64,000 bases of DNA. Origin: Syntrophorhabdaceae bacterium (lineage in GTDB: Bacteria; Desulfobacterota; Syntrophorhabdia; Syntrophorhabdales; Syntrophorhabdaceae). The position numbers were made by a program, and so were the translations under genes. Below are positions 36,600-47,100 of this stretch, piece after piece. How positions within the stretch are numbered: position 1 is the first letter of the stretch; every line of letters starts with the position of its first letter. The notes beneath the pieces are model-generated. The model saw only the letters and a program-made list of their open reading frames with translations. It ran no database searches and had not been told where the DNA came from. The DNA is taken from contig CAXXUO010000002.1 in NCBI GenBank assembly GCA_963666485.2, positions 224,001 through 288,000 of the forward strand, read 5' to 3'.

Positions 36600-37775
36600 A
36601 TGAGAGGGACCGGGAATACAACGACACATCCGCAGGCCACGGCAAGGTTGATGCTGTGCCTTGTGTGCATTTTTCTGGTTGCCCCGGAGTGGGGATGCAG
36701 GAAGAAAACGCAGCAGATGGCGCCGCCTGCACCGCAGGTCACCGTCACGTCACCCCGGGCGCAGGAAATAACCGATTATCTCGATCTCACGGGAAACACC
36801 CAGGCCGTGCAGACGGTGCAATTGCGTGCGCGCGTGGCCGGCTATCTCCAGAAGGTCCTTTTTCAGGACGGCCAGGTCGTCAAGAAGAAACAGCGCCTGT
36901 TCGTCATCCAACAGGATACGTACCAGGCAAACTTAAGGCAGGCAGAAGCTGCAATCGAGCAGCAGAAGGCCCAGCTCGATTTTGCAACGGCCCAGTATGA
37001 AAGATATGCTGCCCTCGTCAAGCAGAAGGCCGCATCTCAATCGGATGTCGACAACTGGCGTTTCCAGCGGGACTCGGCCAAAGCAAACCTTCTCGCGGCG
37101 AAGGCCAAACGGGAGCTGGCCGCTCTCGACCTTGCCTACACGGAGGTAACGGCGCCCTTCGACGGCCGGATAGACAGGCGCCTTAGGGACCCCGGGAACC
37201 TCGTGGGGTCCGGTGAGACCACGGTGCTCGCCGAGATAAACCAGATAAATCCCATCTATGTCTATTTCACGGTGAGCGACACCGATCTCGCCCGGCTCAT
37301 GAAAGAGGCCAGGTGGGCCCCGGGACAGCTGAAAAACAGCGATTGGCCCGCCGAGCTCGGCCTGCCGACGGAAGATGGCTACCCTCACAGGGGAAAGCTC
37401 GATTTTGCATCCATCACCCTGACCGCCACCACGGGCACTCTCCTCATGCGCGGGGTCTTCACAAATCCTGACGGAAAGATAGTACCCGGCCTTTACGCCA
37501 GGATACGCATCCCCGTGAGGATGATGCGAGCGTACCTCGTACCGGAAGAAACCGTCGGGCGCGATCAGCGCGGTTCATACCTTCTTTCCGTCAACGGCCA
37601 GAATGTCGTGCAGCGCCTGGCCGTGAGAACGGGGCCGCAGGTGGGCAAGGAACGCGCCGTGATCGAAGGGCTTTCCGGGAACGAATTGATCATCGTGAAG
37701 GGCATGCAGAGGGCCATTCCCGGGAAAAAGGTCACGCCCGAAAAGCAGGGATCGGACAATAAGGGTACGCCGTGA
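36600..37775 (+). CDS. RND efflux periplasmic adaptor (MFP)
   Basis: VQLRARVAGYL and YTEVTAPFDGRI; lies between the OMF and the RND permease. Confidence 0.93.
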   Translation: MRGTGNTTTHPQATARLMLCLVCIFLVAPEWGCRKKTQQMAPPAPQVTVTSPRAQEITDYLDLTGNTQAVQTVQLRARVAGYLQKVLFQDGQVVKKKQRLFVIQQDTYQANLRQAEAAIEQQKAQLDFATAQYERYAALVKQKAASQSDVDNWRFQRDSAKANLLAAKAKRELAALDLAYTEVTAPFDGRIDRRLRDPGNLVGSGETTVLAEINQINPIYVYFTVSDTDLARLMKEARWAPGQLKNSDWPAELGLPTEDGYPHRGKLDFASITLTATTGTLLMRGVFTNPDGKIVPGLYARIRIPVRMMRAYLVPEETVGRDQRGSYLLSVNGQNVVQRLAVRTGPQVGKERAVIEGLSGNELIIVKGMQRAIPGKKVTPEKQGSDNKGTP

Positions 37776-40700
37776 TCTCGAAATTCTTCATTGAGCGCCC
37801 TATTCTCGCGAACGTTCTCGCAGTCGTTACCATCATCGTCGGCCTCGTGAGCTACCGCCAGCTGCCCGTCGAACAGTATCCCCCGATCGTGCCTCCGACC
37901 ATCCAGATATCGGCCCGCTATCCCGGTGCCAGCGCCTCTGTCGTTGCGGAAACGATCGGCGTCCCCCTCGAACAGGCGGTCAACGGCATCGAGCATTCCA
38001 TTTACATGTCATCCACGAGTTCAAGCGATGGTTCGTATACCCTGACCGTCACGTTCGATGTCGGAACCGACCTCGACAAGTCTCTGTCGCTTGTCCAGAA
38101 CCAGGTCAATTCAGCCCTGGCCCAGCTTCCCGGCGGTTCGCAGGAACAGGGCATCAATGTCAGGAAGGTCTCCACAAACATACTCCTGGTCGTCAGCCTC
38201 TATTCGGACAACAACATGTTCGACGAGGCCTTCCTTTCAAACTACGGCATCATCAATATGCAGAACCCGCTGTCACGCGAGCCGGGTGTCGGCCAGGTCC
38301 GCGTCTTCGGGGCAGGCCCGTACAGCATGCGGGTATGGCTCGATCCGCAGAGGCTGAAAACATTCAACCTGACAACGAGCGACGTCCTGAATGTCATACG
38401 CGATCAGAACATCCAGGTCGTGTCCGGCCAGCTCGGCGCTCCCCCGGTCCCGGCCGACCAGGCGTTTCAGTTCACGATAAACAGCCTCGGGCGCCTGTCC
38501 GATGTCAGCCAGTTCGAAGAGATCATCGTAAAGAACGACCCCGGCAACGCCACCCAGTTCGTCCGGCTCAAGGACATAGCCCGCATAGACCTGGCCCAGC
38601 AAAATTATGCGAACTTTGCACGACTGGGCGGCCTCGACTCGGCACAGGTCATTATATTCGCCCTGCCCGAGGCAAACGCGATCCAGGTTGCCAACCACGT
38701 TTACGAAGCGGTCGAGCAGATGAGCAAGGACTTCCCGGAGGGCCTGAAATACTCGATCCGGTACGATACGACAAAGTTTGTCCGGGAATCGATATCGTCG
38801 GTCTATGAGACCCTTTTCGAGGCCGCCATCCTGGTCCTGATCGTTATCATGGTGTTTCTGCAAAGCACCCGGGCGCTTCTCGTTCCCGCCACCACCGTGC
38901 CCGTGACGATCGTCGGGGCCTTCGGCGCCATGTATGCCATGGGCTTTACCATAAACCTCATGACCCTTTTCGCCCTTGTCCTTGCCATCGGGATCGTGGT
39001 CGATGACGCGATCGTCATCGTCGAGAACAGCGCCTATTACATAGAGCGGGGTTTGAGCCCCAAAGACGCCGCCATCAAGGCCATGTCGGAGCTTACCGGG
39101 CCGGTGATGGGCATAACCACAGCACTGATCGCGGTGTTCCTGCCCGCGGCGTTTCTCCCGGGGATAACGGGGCAGATATACCGCCAATTCGCCCTTGTCA
39201 TCGCCGCAACATCCGTCATCAGCGCCATCAACGCCCTGACCCTCAAGCCTGCGCAGTGTGCCCTGTGGCTCAAGACACGATCGGACAAGGAACCGGGCTG
39301 GTTTTACCGGGGATTCAACCGGGCCTTCATTGCCGTCAAGGTGCCCTATATGGGAGTTGTAACGTGGATGGCGAAGCGACCCTGGCCCATGGTGGCCGTG
39401 TTCTTCATCATCATCGGCCTTGCTGCGTGGCAGTTCATTCGTGTGCCGACGGGTTTTCTTCCCACGGAAGACCAGGGTTATGCGGTATTGTTCGCCCGCC
39501 TGCCCGACGGTGCCGCCCAGCCGCGGGCCCGGGTGGTTTCCGAGAAGATGGGCACCGTGCTCCGAAATACCCCGGGTATAGCCAGCTGGGTCACCATCGG
39601 CGGCTACTCTTTCCTCGACGGGGCGAACATCTCGACAGTTTCCAGTACCTTCATCATATACGAGGACTGGAAAAAACGCGGTTCGGCATTGAGCCAGGAT
39701 AAACTCATCGCGCAGCTGAACAGGGACATGGCCCGGATAGAGGAGGCGGATATTTTTGTCATAATCCCACCGTCCATCCGCGGTCTCGGCCAGGCCGGCG
39801 GCTTCCAGATGGTTGTCGAAGACAGAAAGAGCCTCGGGTTCGAAGCGCTTCAGAAGGCGGCGAATGATCTCGTCGACGCGGCGCGGAAAGACCGGAACAT
39901 ACGAGGCCTGACGACAACATTCGACGTCAGAAGCCCGCAGCTTTATCTCGACATAGACAGGACGAAAGCGCAGTCCTTCCAGGTCCCCCTCAACAACGTC
40001 TTCGAAACTCTCCGCGGCTATCTCGGTTCGTCTTTCGTCAACCTCTTCAATAAGTTCAACCAGGTGTACCAGGTGTACATACAGGCAGGAGACAGGCACC
40101 GGTTGACGCCTGAGAACATAAAGAACCTTTACACCCGGAACACGCAGGGCGCGATGGTACCGCTTGGCAGCATCCTCGAGGTAAAGTACGTTCAAGGACC
40201 GGAGCTCGTCACCCGCTATAACCTTTACCCGGCCGCGACCATTTTTGGCTCTGCGGCCCCGGGGTTCAGTTCAGGCCAGGCCCTGGACCTCATGGAAAAG
40301 TTGGCGGGTGACACCCTTCCTTACGGCGTCGGGTATGACTGGACGGCGACGAGCTACCAGGAGCGCGGGGTCGGGTACGAGGCGTATTTCATATATTTCC
40401 TCTCGATAACCCTCGTTTTTATGGCGCTTGCGGCCCTGTACGAGAGCTGGGCGTCGCCGATGGCTGTCATCCTGGCCGTTCCCATGGCGCTCGTCGGCGT
40501 CCTTCTTGCAATTATGATCAGGGGCTTCGACAACAATCTTTATACACAGATCGGCCTCGTCCTCATGATCGCCCTTGCCAGCAAGAACGCCATCCTGGTC
40601 GTGGAATTCGCCCGGGACCTTCAAAAGGAAGGCATGCCGCTCGTCGAGGCGGCGATCGAGGCGACCAGCAGACGGTTTCGCCCCATCATGATGACATCGA

Positions 40701-40888
40701 TCGCCTTTATCCTGGGGGTCACCCCCCTGCTCTTCGCGCGCGGGGCCGGCGCGGCGAGCCAGGAAGCGATCGGCACCGTCGTGTTCGGCGGGATGATAGC
40801 ATCGACCCTTTTTGCCATGCCGTTCGTCCCGGTGTTTTATATAGCCATTGAGCGATTGACTGCCCGCCGGGGCAAAAACAAGATGTGA
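37772..40888 (+). CDS. RND multidrug efflux permease (HAE1 family)
   Basis: FFIERP, GIVVDDAIVIVEN, KNAILVVEF and RFRPIMMTS motifs. Confidence 0.96.
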   Translation: MISKFFIERPILANVLAVVTIIVGLVSYRQLPVEQYPPIVPPTIQISARYPGASASVVAETIGVPLEQAVNGIEHSIYMSSTSSSDGSYTLTVTFDVGTDLDKSLSLVQNQVNSALAQLPGGSQEQGINVRKVSTNILLVVSLYSDNNMFDEAFLSNYGIINMQNPLSREPGVGQVRVFGAGPYSMRVWLDPQRLKTFNLTTSDVLNVIRDQNIQVVSGQLGAPPVPADQAFQFTINSLGRLSDVSQFEEIIVKNDPGNATQFVRLKDIARIDLAQQNYANFARLGGLDSAQVIIFALPEANAIQVANHVYEAVEQMSKDFPEGLKYSIRYDTTKFVRESISSVYETLFEAAILVLIVIMVFLQSTRALLVPATTVPVTIVGAFGAMYAMGFTINLMTLFALVLAIGIVVDDAIVIVENSAYYIERGLSPKDAAIKAMSELTGPVMGITTALIAVFLPAAFLPGITGQIYRQFALVIAATSVISAINALTLKPAQCALWLKTRSDKEPGWFYRGFNRAFIAVKVPYMGVVTWMAKRPWPMVAVFFIIIGLAAWQFIRVPTGFLPTEDQGYAVLFARLPDGAAQPRARVVSEKMGTVLRNTPGIASWVTIGGYSFLDGANISTVSSTFIIYEDWKKRGSALSQDKLIAQLNRDMARIEEADIFVIIPPSIRGLGQAGGFQMVVEDRKSLGFEALQKAANDLVDAARKDRNIRGLTTTFDVRSPQLYLDIDRTKAQSFQVPLNNVFETLRGYLGSSFVNLFNKFNQVYQVYIQAGDRHRLTPENIKNLYTRNTQGAMVPLGSILEVKYVQGPELVTRYNLYPAATIFGSAAPGFSSGQALDLMEKLAGDTLPYGVGYDWTATSYQERGVGYEAYFIYFLSITLVFMALAALYESWASPMAVILAVPMALVGVLLAIMIRGFDNNLYTQIGLVLMIALASKNAILVVEFARDLQKEGMPLVEAAIEATSRRFRPIMMTSIAFILGVTPLLFARGAGAASQEAIGTVVFGGMIASTLFAMPFVPVFYIAIERLTARRGKNKM

Positions 40889-40988
40889 GCGTTAGAAACG
40901 CGTGGAATATCCGAGCCAGAGAAAGAATGCGATGGCTGCAATATGCAGTATCCACCAGTTCACCGAGAATATCCTGAATAGACCCATA

Positions 40989-41486
40989 TCAGCTCCTCAA
41001 AAGATGTCCGGCATAATAGACTGCAGCCACCGAAACCAGGTGGACCCACCACCAGCCGAGGTTGGGATAGCGGTACGATATGCCTTTCTTTTCGACGGCC
41101 TTGTTGTAGCCGAAAACCTCGCAATCGAACAGTGCCTTCCCGACAAAGAACTTGCCCCATAATATGAGGATATCGGGAAGGGTCGTCTTGAGAAGTATGC
41201 CGGCCGGCGTCAGCGGCGCCGGCAGGTGCGCAAGGCTGAAGTGAGCCATCGTCACCGTCCCTATGATCGTGATGAACCCGTTGACGACATATCCGTAATG
41301 GATCGTTTCCTTCCGCAGGAAAAGCAGGGGAACGATGATAATACTCACGATACCGGTCACGAAGTTGGTAAGAAATGACATGTTCTCTGTAAAAGGGTGG
41401 ATGCGCATGTGAAGGAGGAAACCGCCAAGGGCCATAACGACAAGCGCGGTCAGGCAGAGGGACCTTATATAACTTCTTACCGTCAT
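40989..41486 (-). CDS. hypothetical integral membrane protein with several His residues
   Basis: Several TM-like segments; GGGGG/GGAA purine-rich RBS; downstream of the selenoprotein gene. Confidence 0.75.
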   Translation of the reverse strand: MTVRSYIRSLCLTALVVMALGGFLLHMRIHPFTENMSFLTNFVTGIVSIIIVPLLFLRKETIHYGYVVNGFITIIGTVTMAHFSLAHLPAPLTPAGILLKTTLPDILILWGKFFVGKALFDCEVFGYNKAVEKKGISYRYPNLGWWWVHLVSVAAVYYAGHLLRS

Positions 41487-41525
41487 ACTATTCCCCCTTT
41501 CCTGCCCATCACTGACCCCCCGGGA

Positions 41526-42095
41526 TCACGGTAATAAACTATACGGTTCGGACCGCTCGACCCATTCGCTTGAAGGATGCTCCGCTTTCAGTTTGTTATG
41601 GATGGCCTTCAGGTGCTGCGTATCGTGCGTGATCTCGAAATTGGCAACCCCGTGCCAGTATATCGCTTCGGGAACGGCCCTGGATCCAGAATATTCCCTC
41701 ATCAGATTTTCTGCAAGATTAATCGCCTCACGGTATTCCTTTGCATCGAATTTCGCCTTGAGCATCCCGAGAAGCAAAGAGGGGATGAATTCTTTCGGGG
41801 GAATAAAACCGACCGTGCGGTTATGTTCTTTGCCGTTCTCGTCGAGAATTATGACAACCGGGGTCCACTGGATAGTGAAATCGTCTGCATACGGCTTCGC
41901 ATCGGCGAGCATCTGGACGGGGACCAGGTTCGTATTGATAAAATCGGCCACTTTTTGATCGGGGTACGTAACTGCACCCATCTGTTTGCACCCGATTCAG
42001 ACCGGGCTGAAAAAGTCGAGCAATACGAGTTTCTTTTCTTCCTTTGCCCGGCGAAGGGCATCCTCCAAACTACGCAGCCATCGGACCTCTGCCAT
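41526..42095 (-). CDS. thioredoxin-fold/TPR selenoprotein (UxxC; UGA at 41999-41997 read as Sec)
   Basis: AAGGAGG RBS, ATG 42095; MAEVRW...VLLDFFSPV-TGA-IGCKQM continues in frame into ORF 41526-41981; hairpin just downstream of the UGA. Confidence 0.85.
41958..41996 (-). promoter_or_regulatory. candidate bacterial SECIS element
   Basis: After UGA: AUCGGG...CCCGAU can pair, or alternatively the overlapping GGGUGC-AGUUAC-GUACCC stem-loop with G in the loop. Confidence 0.6.
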
Positions 42096-42225
42096 AACTG
42101 CCTCCTTGATCGTATTTTGAAAAATATAATGATTTTCCCGAGGCGAGGCAAGGCGATAAGATAAGGATCGAGGTTCGGGGTCCCGGGTATCAGGAGTTGA
42201 TGGCATGATATACCACTACCACCGC

Positions 42226-42375
42226 CGTCATCCCGGTGCTTGACACCGGGATCCAGTGTCTTTGCTTTTTCTTCTTTATTTCAGACCTGAATTGCTTCAT
42301 GGCTTCTTTCATAACATTCAGACAGACAACGAAGAGGCAAAACCTTGGATCCCGGTGTCAAGCACCGGGATGACG
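42226..42375. repeat. REP-like doublet (30-bp perfect inverted repeat)
   Basis: CGTCATCCCGGTGCTTGACACCGGGATCCA (42226-42255) and its reverse complement (42346-42375); each arm is itself a hairpin. Confidence 0.85.
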
Positions 42376-42612
42376 ATATCTGTTACTGGAAAAGATTCAA
42401 TCCACTATGTGTAGTCGTTTATTGTGTATATAACCCCCGGGGTTCCAGGTCAGCGAGACGTAAGGCTCGGGTCGCGAGATGGTAATAATCCTCTGTTATC
42501 AACTATCCGTGGATGATAGCTGTTGACTTAATTCGGGACAACCTTACATTTATTTCTGGAATCGCTCTTTCCGGAAGAGCGCTTTTGATGCTTAAGAACG
42601 AAAGGAGGATTT

Positions 42613-42927
42613 ATGAGAAAATTATGTCTTTTTTCAGTGGTCGCCCTTCTGGTCCTTGCGGTCCTTGCCGGATGCCAGACACCGGCGGGAAGGTCATCAG
42701 GTGAGGTTGTGGATGATGCCGCGATAACGACCGAGGTAAAGGCAAAGCTCCTGGAAGATGACGTCACACGGGGCATTGCTATTACAGTGCAGACATTTGA
42801 AGGTACTGTGACCCTGATCGGGGCCGTGGACACCCGTGAGCAGATAAACAGGGCGTCCCAAATCGCGCGCAGCGTCAAAGGCGTCCGGAAGGTGGACAAC
42901 CGGCTTCAGCTGAAAGCTGCGAAGTAA
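42613..42927 (+). CDS. BON-domain lipoprotein (OsmY-like)
   Basis: LAGC lipobox; DDAAITTEVKAKLL...GTVTLIG...GVRKVDNRL; AGGAGG RBS. Confidence 0.92.
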   Translation: MRKLCLFSVVALLVLAVLAGCQTPAGRSSGEVVDDAAITTEVKAKLLEDDVTRGIAITVQTFEGTVTLIGAVDTREQINRASQIARSVKGVRKVDNRLQLKAAK

Positions 42928-42939
42928 AAATACCGGGAC

Positions 42940-43251
42940 CTATTTTTTCAGCAGGAGATAGAGCTCGTCGGCAAAGGCATCCCTGGCCGACGGGCCTTTT
43001 CCGGCATCGGTAAAATCGGGCTCATTGAAACGGGCCAGCAGCTCCTGAAAGGTCCCCTGCCCCTTGACCCACCCCAAAAGGCGCAGGAAATCCTCTTCAA
43101 CGGAGAAATCGTTGTTTCCCAGGATAAATCCTTTACACTTTTTGCAAATATACGCCTCGAGCGAGTACGTATTTATATGATTGTCCGGGTCATAATCATG
43201 CCAGCACTTACCCATCGCTTCCGTGATAAACCTGTCCCTTTCCTCATTCAT
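42940..43251 (-). CDS. hypothetical protein with CxH...CxxC possible metal site
   Basis: GGAGG RBS; KCWHD and CKKC motifs. Confidence 0.7.
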   Translation of the reverse strand: MNEERDRFITEAMGKCWHDYDPDNHINTYSLEAYICKKCKGFILGNNDFSVEEDFLRLLGWVKGQGTFQELLARFNEPDFTDAGKGPSARDAFADELYLLLKK

Positions 43252-43284
43252 AGTAAACCTCCACTCGCACTATATCATGATTCA

Positions 43285-43600
43285 GGGTAATAGGTAAGAG
43301 GTAATGGTAATGGGTACCAGGACACTGTCGTCATTCCCGCGAAATGGGAATCTAGTGTCTTTATCTATTTAATCTTTTATAGGTTTATAATATTGACCTT
43401 TTTCTGTAAGGCACCCTGCCGCTGATCTACCACACAAGATGCATGCACGTTTCCAGCATTACCAAAAAAATAACTTAAAGACACTGGATTCCCGCTTCGC
43501 GGGAATGACGGAAGGTCTCGTTGCACTTTCCCTCACCCATTACCCATTACCTCTTACCCATTACCTATTACACATTATCTATTACACATTACCTATTTTT
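43285..43600. repeat. intergenic element with (GGTAATG)n...(CATTACC)n arms enclosing a REP-like doublet
   Basis: IR CGTCATTCCCGCG...CGCGGGAATGACG (43329-43510); interior homologous to 32398-32575. Confidence 0.85.
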
Positions 43601-44119
43601 TTACCATACCCCGCCGGGATATCCCCACCATATCGGCCCCGGGTACGGAGGCGGATAATAGTAGTACACAGCTGCCGGCCTCCTGGGCTCGAGGTAGATC
43701 TGCACGATCCTGAATACAGGAAAGACGTATTCCATCTCGTCGACCTTTCCCGCCATTATACCCGTGAAGGTGCCTGCGATCGTGACCCTGCGGTTCTTCT
43801 GATAGATGAGGGGATCGAGGACGCCCATCTCCCGGGGGTAAAGGGCGAGAAAACGTTGACTGGACAGCGGGGTGTCCTGCGGGTATCCAAAGCTGTCCAC
43901 CGGGACGAAAAGGGCCTCTATCTCGGAGCCTTCCGGCTTCAATGTCGTGCGGGCGATCAGACCGCCGAGGATGAACAACTGGCCACGGTACATGTCCGGG
44001 TTTTGGACAAGCGACGGGAGGGATGGATTTTTGGTTGCCTGCTGCATGTAGTCCGGGCGTATGGCCGACGTACACGCAACAAGGCTGAGAACCAAGAGCG
44101 CCACGGCGATGAGCTTCAC
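43601..44119 (-). CDS. Slp-family outer-membrane lipoprotein
   Basis: LVAC lipobox; GGLI, RFLA, LDPLIY, RRVTIAG, YVFPV; Tyr/Pro/Trp-rich tail. Confidence 0.85.
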   Translation of the reverse strand: MKLIAVALLVLSLVACTSAIRPDYMQQATKNPSLPSLVQNPDMYRGQLFILGGLIARTTLKPEGSEIEALFVPVDSFGYPQDTPLSSQRFLALYPREMGVLDPLIYQKNRRVTIAGTFTGIMAGKVDEMEYVFPVFRIVQIYLEPRRPAAVYYYYPPPYPGPIWWGYPGGVW

Positions 44120-44176
44120 GGGTCATCCTCCTTCACATAGTTTAACATACGACCAGGAAGACTAATGTGCAAGAAG

Positions 44177-47100
44177 CTATTTTCCGGTTACTTCATCACC
44201 CCCGGCATGATCTGCTGAAACCCCATCGCCCCCTCCCGGCTGCTGGCTCACCTTGAAGATGTAGGGGACCGTTGTCACAGGGTCCTTGCCGGGCTGCGTG
44301 ATGTGGACGATGGCCTTGTCGGGGAACTTGACCGGCTGCCCCTTCGGGACCAGGTATTTCGCACCGAGCTCGCGGGGACCCCCCGTCGCCTTGTCGAAAC
44401 CTAAAGCCTGCCATGCGGAGCCCTCGCCGCCGGGGCCAAAGACACTCAAGGGCATGGTGCCGGACTTCGACCAGCCGCCGCTCGTGTGGCTCGTCTGCCG
44501 GTTGTTGACGTACGTGGTCCTCGACCAGCTCACCGAGAGCTGCCACTTCCCCCAGAGCTGGTAGACGACGTACTCGCTGGGGAGTATCGTGGTGCAGTCA
44601 TCGTCCCTGTGGAGGGTCATGCTGTGGATCGTGGGCTTGCCGTCCCCGTCCTTGATGCCCGCGGCAAGGAGGAAGCCCTCCTCCGTCTGCTTTCCTGCTA
44701 TGGATATGGATGTATTGGATGGCGCGTCGCTGAAGGCCTGCATGTTCTCGAACGGGTTCCTGCCAAGGGGCGGGCTGTCGGAGCCGGGCCCCATGCTCCC
44801 CGGGGAAGAGTCCCTGCCTCCCCCGAAAAAGCCCCCGAGGACGCCGCCGAGGACGTTCTTTGCCACATCGGCTGCCGTACCGGATGCACTGCTGCCGTAC
44901 TTGGACTGGGGGCCGATGATGACGGGCTGGAAGGGGGTGGTGGGACATTCCCCCGGCGGCTGGGAAGGAACACCTGAACAGGCATCTTCACATCTTTTAA
45001 GTTCTTTTTCCAGCGCTATCCTCTTTGTCCTCAAAGCCCGGATCTCTTTTGACAGTACATTGAAATCGATAACGGACGCGGTGTCGTCCTGGTATGCCTT
45101 CTGCTTTGCCTTGATCTCCTCCACGACAGCGGTCAATCTCTGTAATTCCTGTTCGCAGGGCGGGCACGTCCGTACCGGGGCGGATGGTTCAGGCCATAAT
45201 GGGGGTACCGGGTATAGGTCCGGGAAGTCCGGGATCGGGTTTCTGTTCCGCCGGGAAGCGCTGGTTTCGGCACCGGGTCAGCCTGTCCGGGGCCCGGTCC
45301 TGCCTTCGGCGGTGCCGGCTCCGGTGTGTGGGCACCTTCGGAGGGGTGGCTTTGCGGCTGCGGCCCTGTCTTGGGAATGGAAAGCCCGGTCTTTGGCGGG
45401 ATCGCCTGCGGTCCGGGAGTTGCCGGTTTCGGCGTCGTTCCGGCCTGGGGTTTCGGAAGCGGTTCGCGGGGTACCTGCTCGGGGCCCGGTCCTGCCTTGG
45501 GAGGCACTGGTTCGGGGGCGGGCACTTTCGGAGGGGTGCTTTGCGGCGCGGGCATCTGCCCGGCCGGAGGTTCCGCCTTTGGTACCTGCGGTTCGGGGGC
45601 CCGCGGAACGGGAGCGGGTATTCCCGAGCATTTTTTCTTCACATAACTTGAGGTCCCTTTCCCGTATCCTTCGCTTCTCCTGCAACCCGGCGACCTCGGC
45701 CTTCAGGGTGTTCCATTCCCTGAGAGATTGCGATTCATACTGCTTTTTCTGCTTCGCAGCGATCTCGTTCACAAGGGCGGTCAACCGCTCCAATTCCGGT
45801 GTACAGGGCGGGCACGTACGGGCCGGAGGGGGGACTATTGACGGCGGCGGTTCACACGCGGTTTCGCACTCCTTCAGTTCCGCCCTGTCCTTGGCTTCGA
45901 CTGCCTTTAAGTTCTCGAGGTAGGATGCCGTATCGGCGATGTCTTTTTGAATATCTCGAATTTCTTGCCGGGATTCCCTGATGTCCGATTCAAGCAGGCC
46001 TGCGGATTGCGGTCCCGGGTCTTTGCCGTCCGTGAGATATGTGTACCATGCCTCTTCCGCACGCAGTTCGGCCCTCAATTTTTCCTGTATGCTCTGGTAG
46101 TATTCTATCTTAAGCAGGGTCCTTTTGAGTCTCTCGGCTTTCTCTATGCAGGGCGGACACGTGGTTTTCACAGGGCCCGGGACCACCGGCGGCTCAGGTT
46201 TCGCGGGCCTTGGCCTCACGGGTTTTTGCGGCGGTGTGATCGACGGGGGCCCGTCCGTGCACGAAGCCTCGCATTTCTTAAGTTCAGCCGCCAATTTTTC
46301 CTCTTTCTGCCTGAGTCTCGACAATTTTTCTTCTGTGTAGCGGATGTCGTCTTGTATCTCTTTAAGGTTGTTTTTAGATTCTTTGACCTCACCTTTCATA
46401 ATTACCCCAAGCATAAGATCGCCGGGTTTGCCCTTCGTGAGATGATCAAGCCATGCTTCTTCCAGGCGCATCTCGGCCCGGAATTCGTCGACCAATTTTT
46501 CGTTGTACTCTATGTCGAGCCGGATATCGGCAAGCAGCTGCGCCATTTCTTTGCAGGGCGGGCATGACGTTTTCGGCTGGACAGGCGTCACCGGGGGCTT
46601 TGGTTTGGGCGGCCTCGGCCGCTCGGGTTTGGGGGGAGCAGTTTCAGGCCCGGGAATGGCCGGGGGCATTGCCGCGGGTTTTTCCTGGCATTTTTTCTCG
46701 CATTCCTTCAGTTTTTTTTCTGCGTCGTCTTTTATTTTTTTGTAGCGGGCAACTTCTTTATCCACGTCCGGTTTGCGCTTCAATCTCTTTTTGTATACGT
46801 CTATTTTTTTCCGGGCTGTGCTTATCTCATAGTCATAATCATATAATGCCGCGCCTGCACCCGCTGCCTTTTTATACATTTCCAGGTCATTCAGCCGCTT
46901 GTACTCGGCATCCATCTGGCGTTTGTATTCTTCCAGTTCCTCTAAGTCCTTCAAGGCCTCGTTAAGCCGGGACGTCGCGGCCTTCAGATCCTCTGCTTCT
47001 GTCCTGCAGGCGGGACACGTGGTCAATGGCGGAGAATCCGGTTTCCCGGGAGGATCTCCCGGCTTCGATGGCGGAACGCCCGGGCTGCACTGTTTCTCGC

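Noticed and set aside
38273..40195. 640-aa antisense ORF, and similar long shadows such as 44589-45923 and 52431-53654
   Set aside because: They lie opposite well-supported genes and are expected from GC-rich codon bias; no motifs.
34961..40888. RND efflux operon as part of a novel system
   Set aside because: Ordinary OMF-MFP-RND triad with canonical motifs.
17238..43600. Short tandem repeats considered as CRISPR arrays
   Set aside because: Units are 7-mers without unique spacers of regular length, and no cas genes are present.
43439..44140. 233-aa plus-strand ORF overlapping the Slp gene
   Set aside because: Starts within a repeat element and is antisense to a recognisable lipoprotein gene.
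45278..45280. TGA ending ORF 45278-47965 as a selenocysteine or readthrough codon, since the downstream ORF is in frame
   Set aside because: The preceding ~120 codons are off-frame Arg/Ala-rich text; the Pro-rich alternative frame restores the CEEKC repeat, so frameshifts explain it better.
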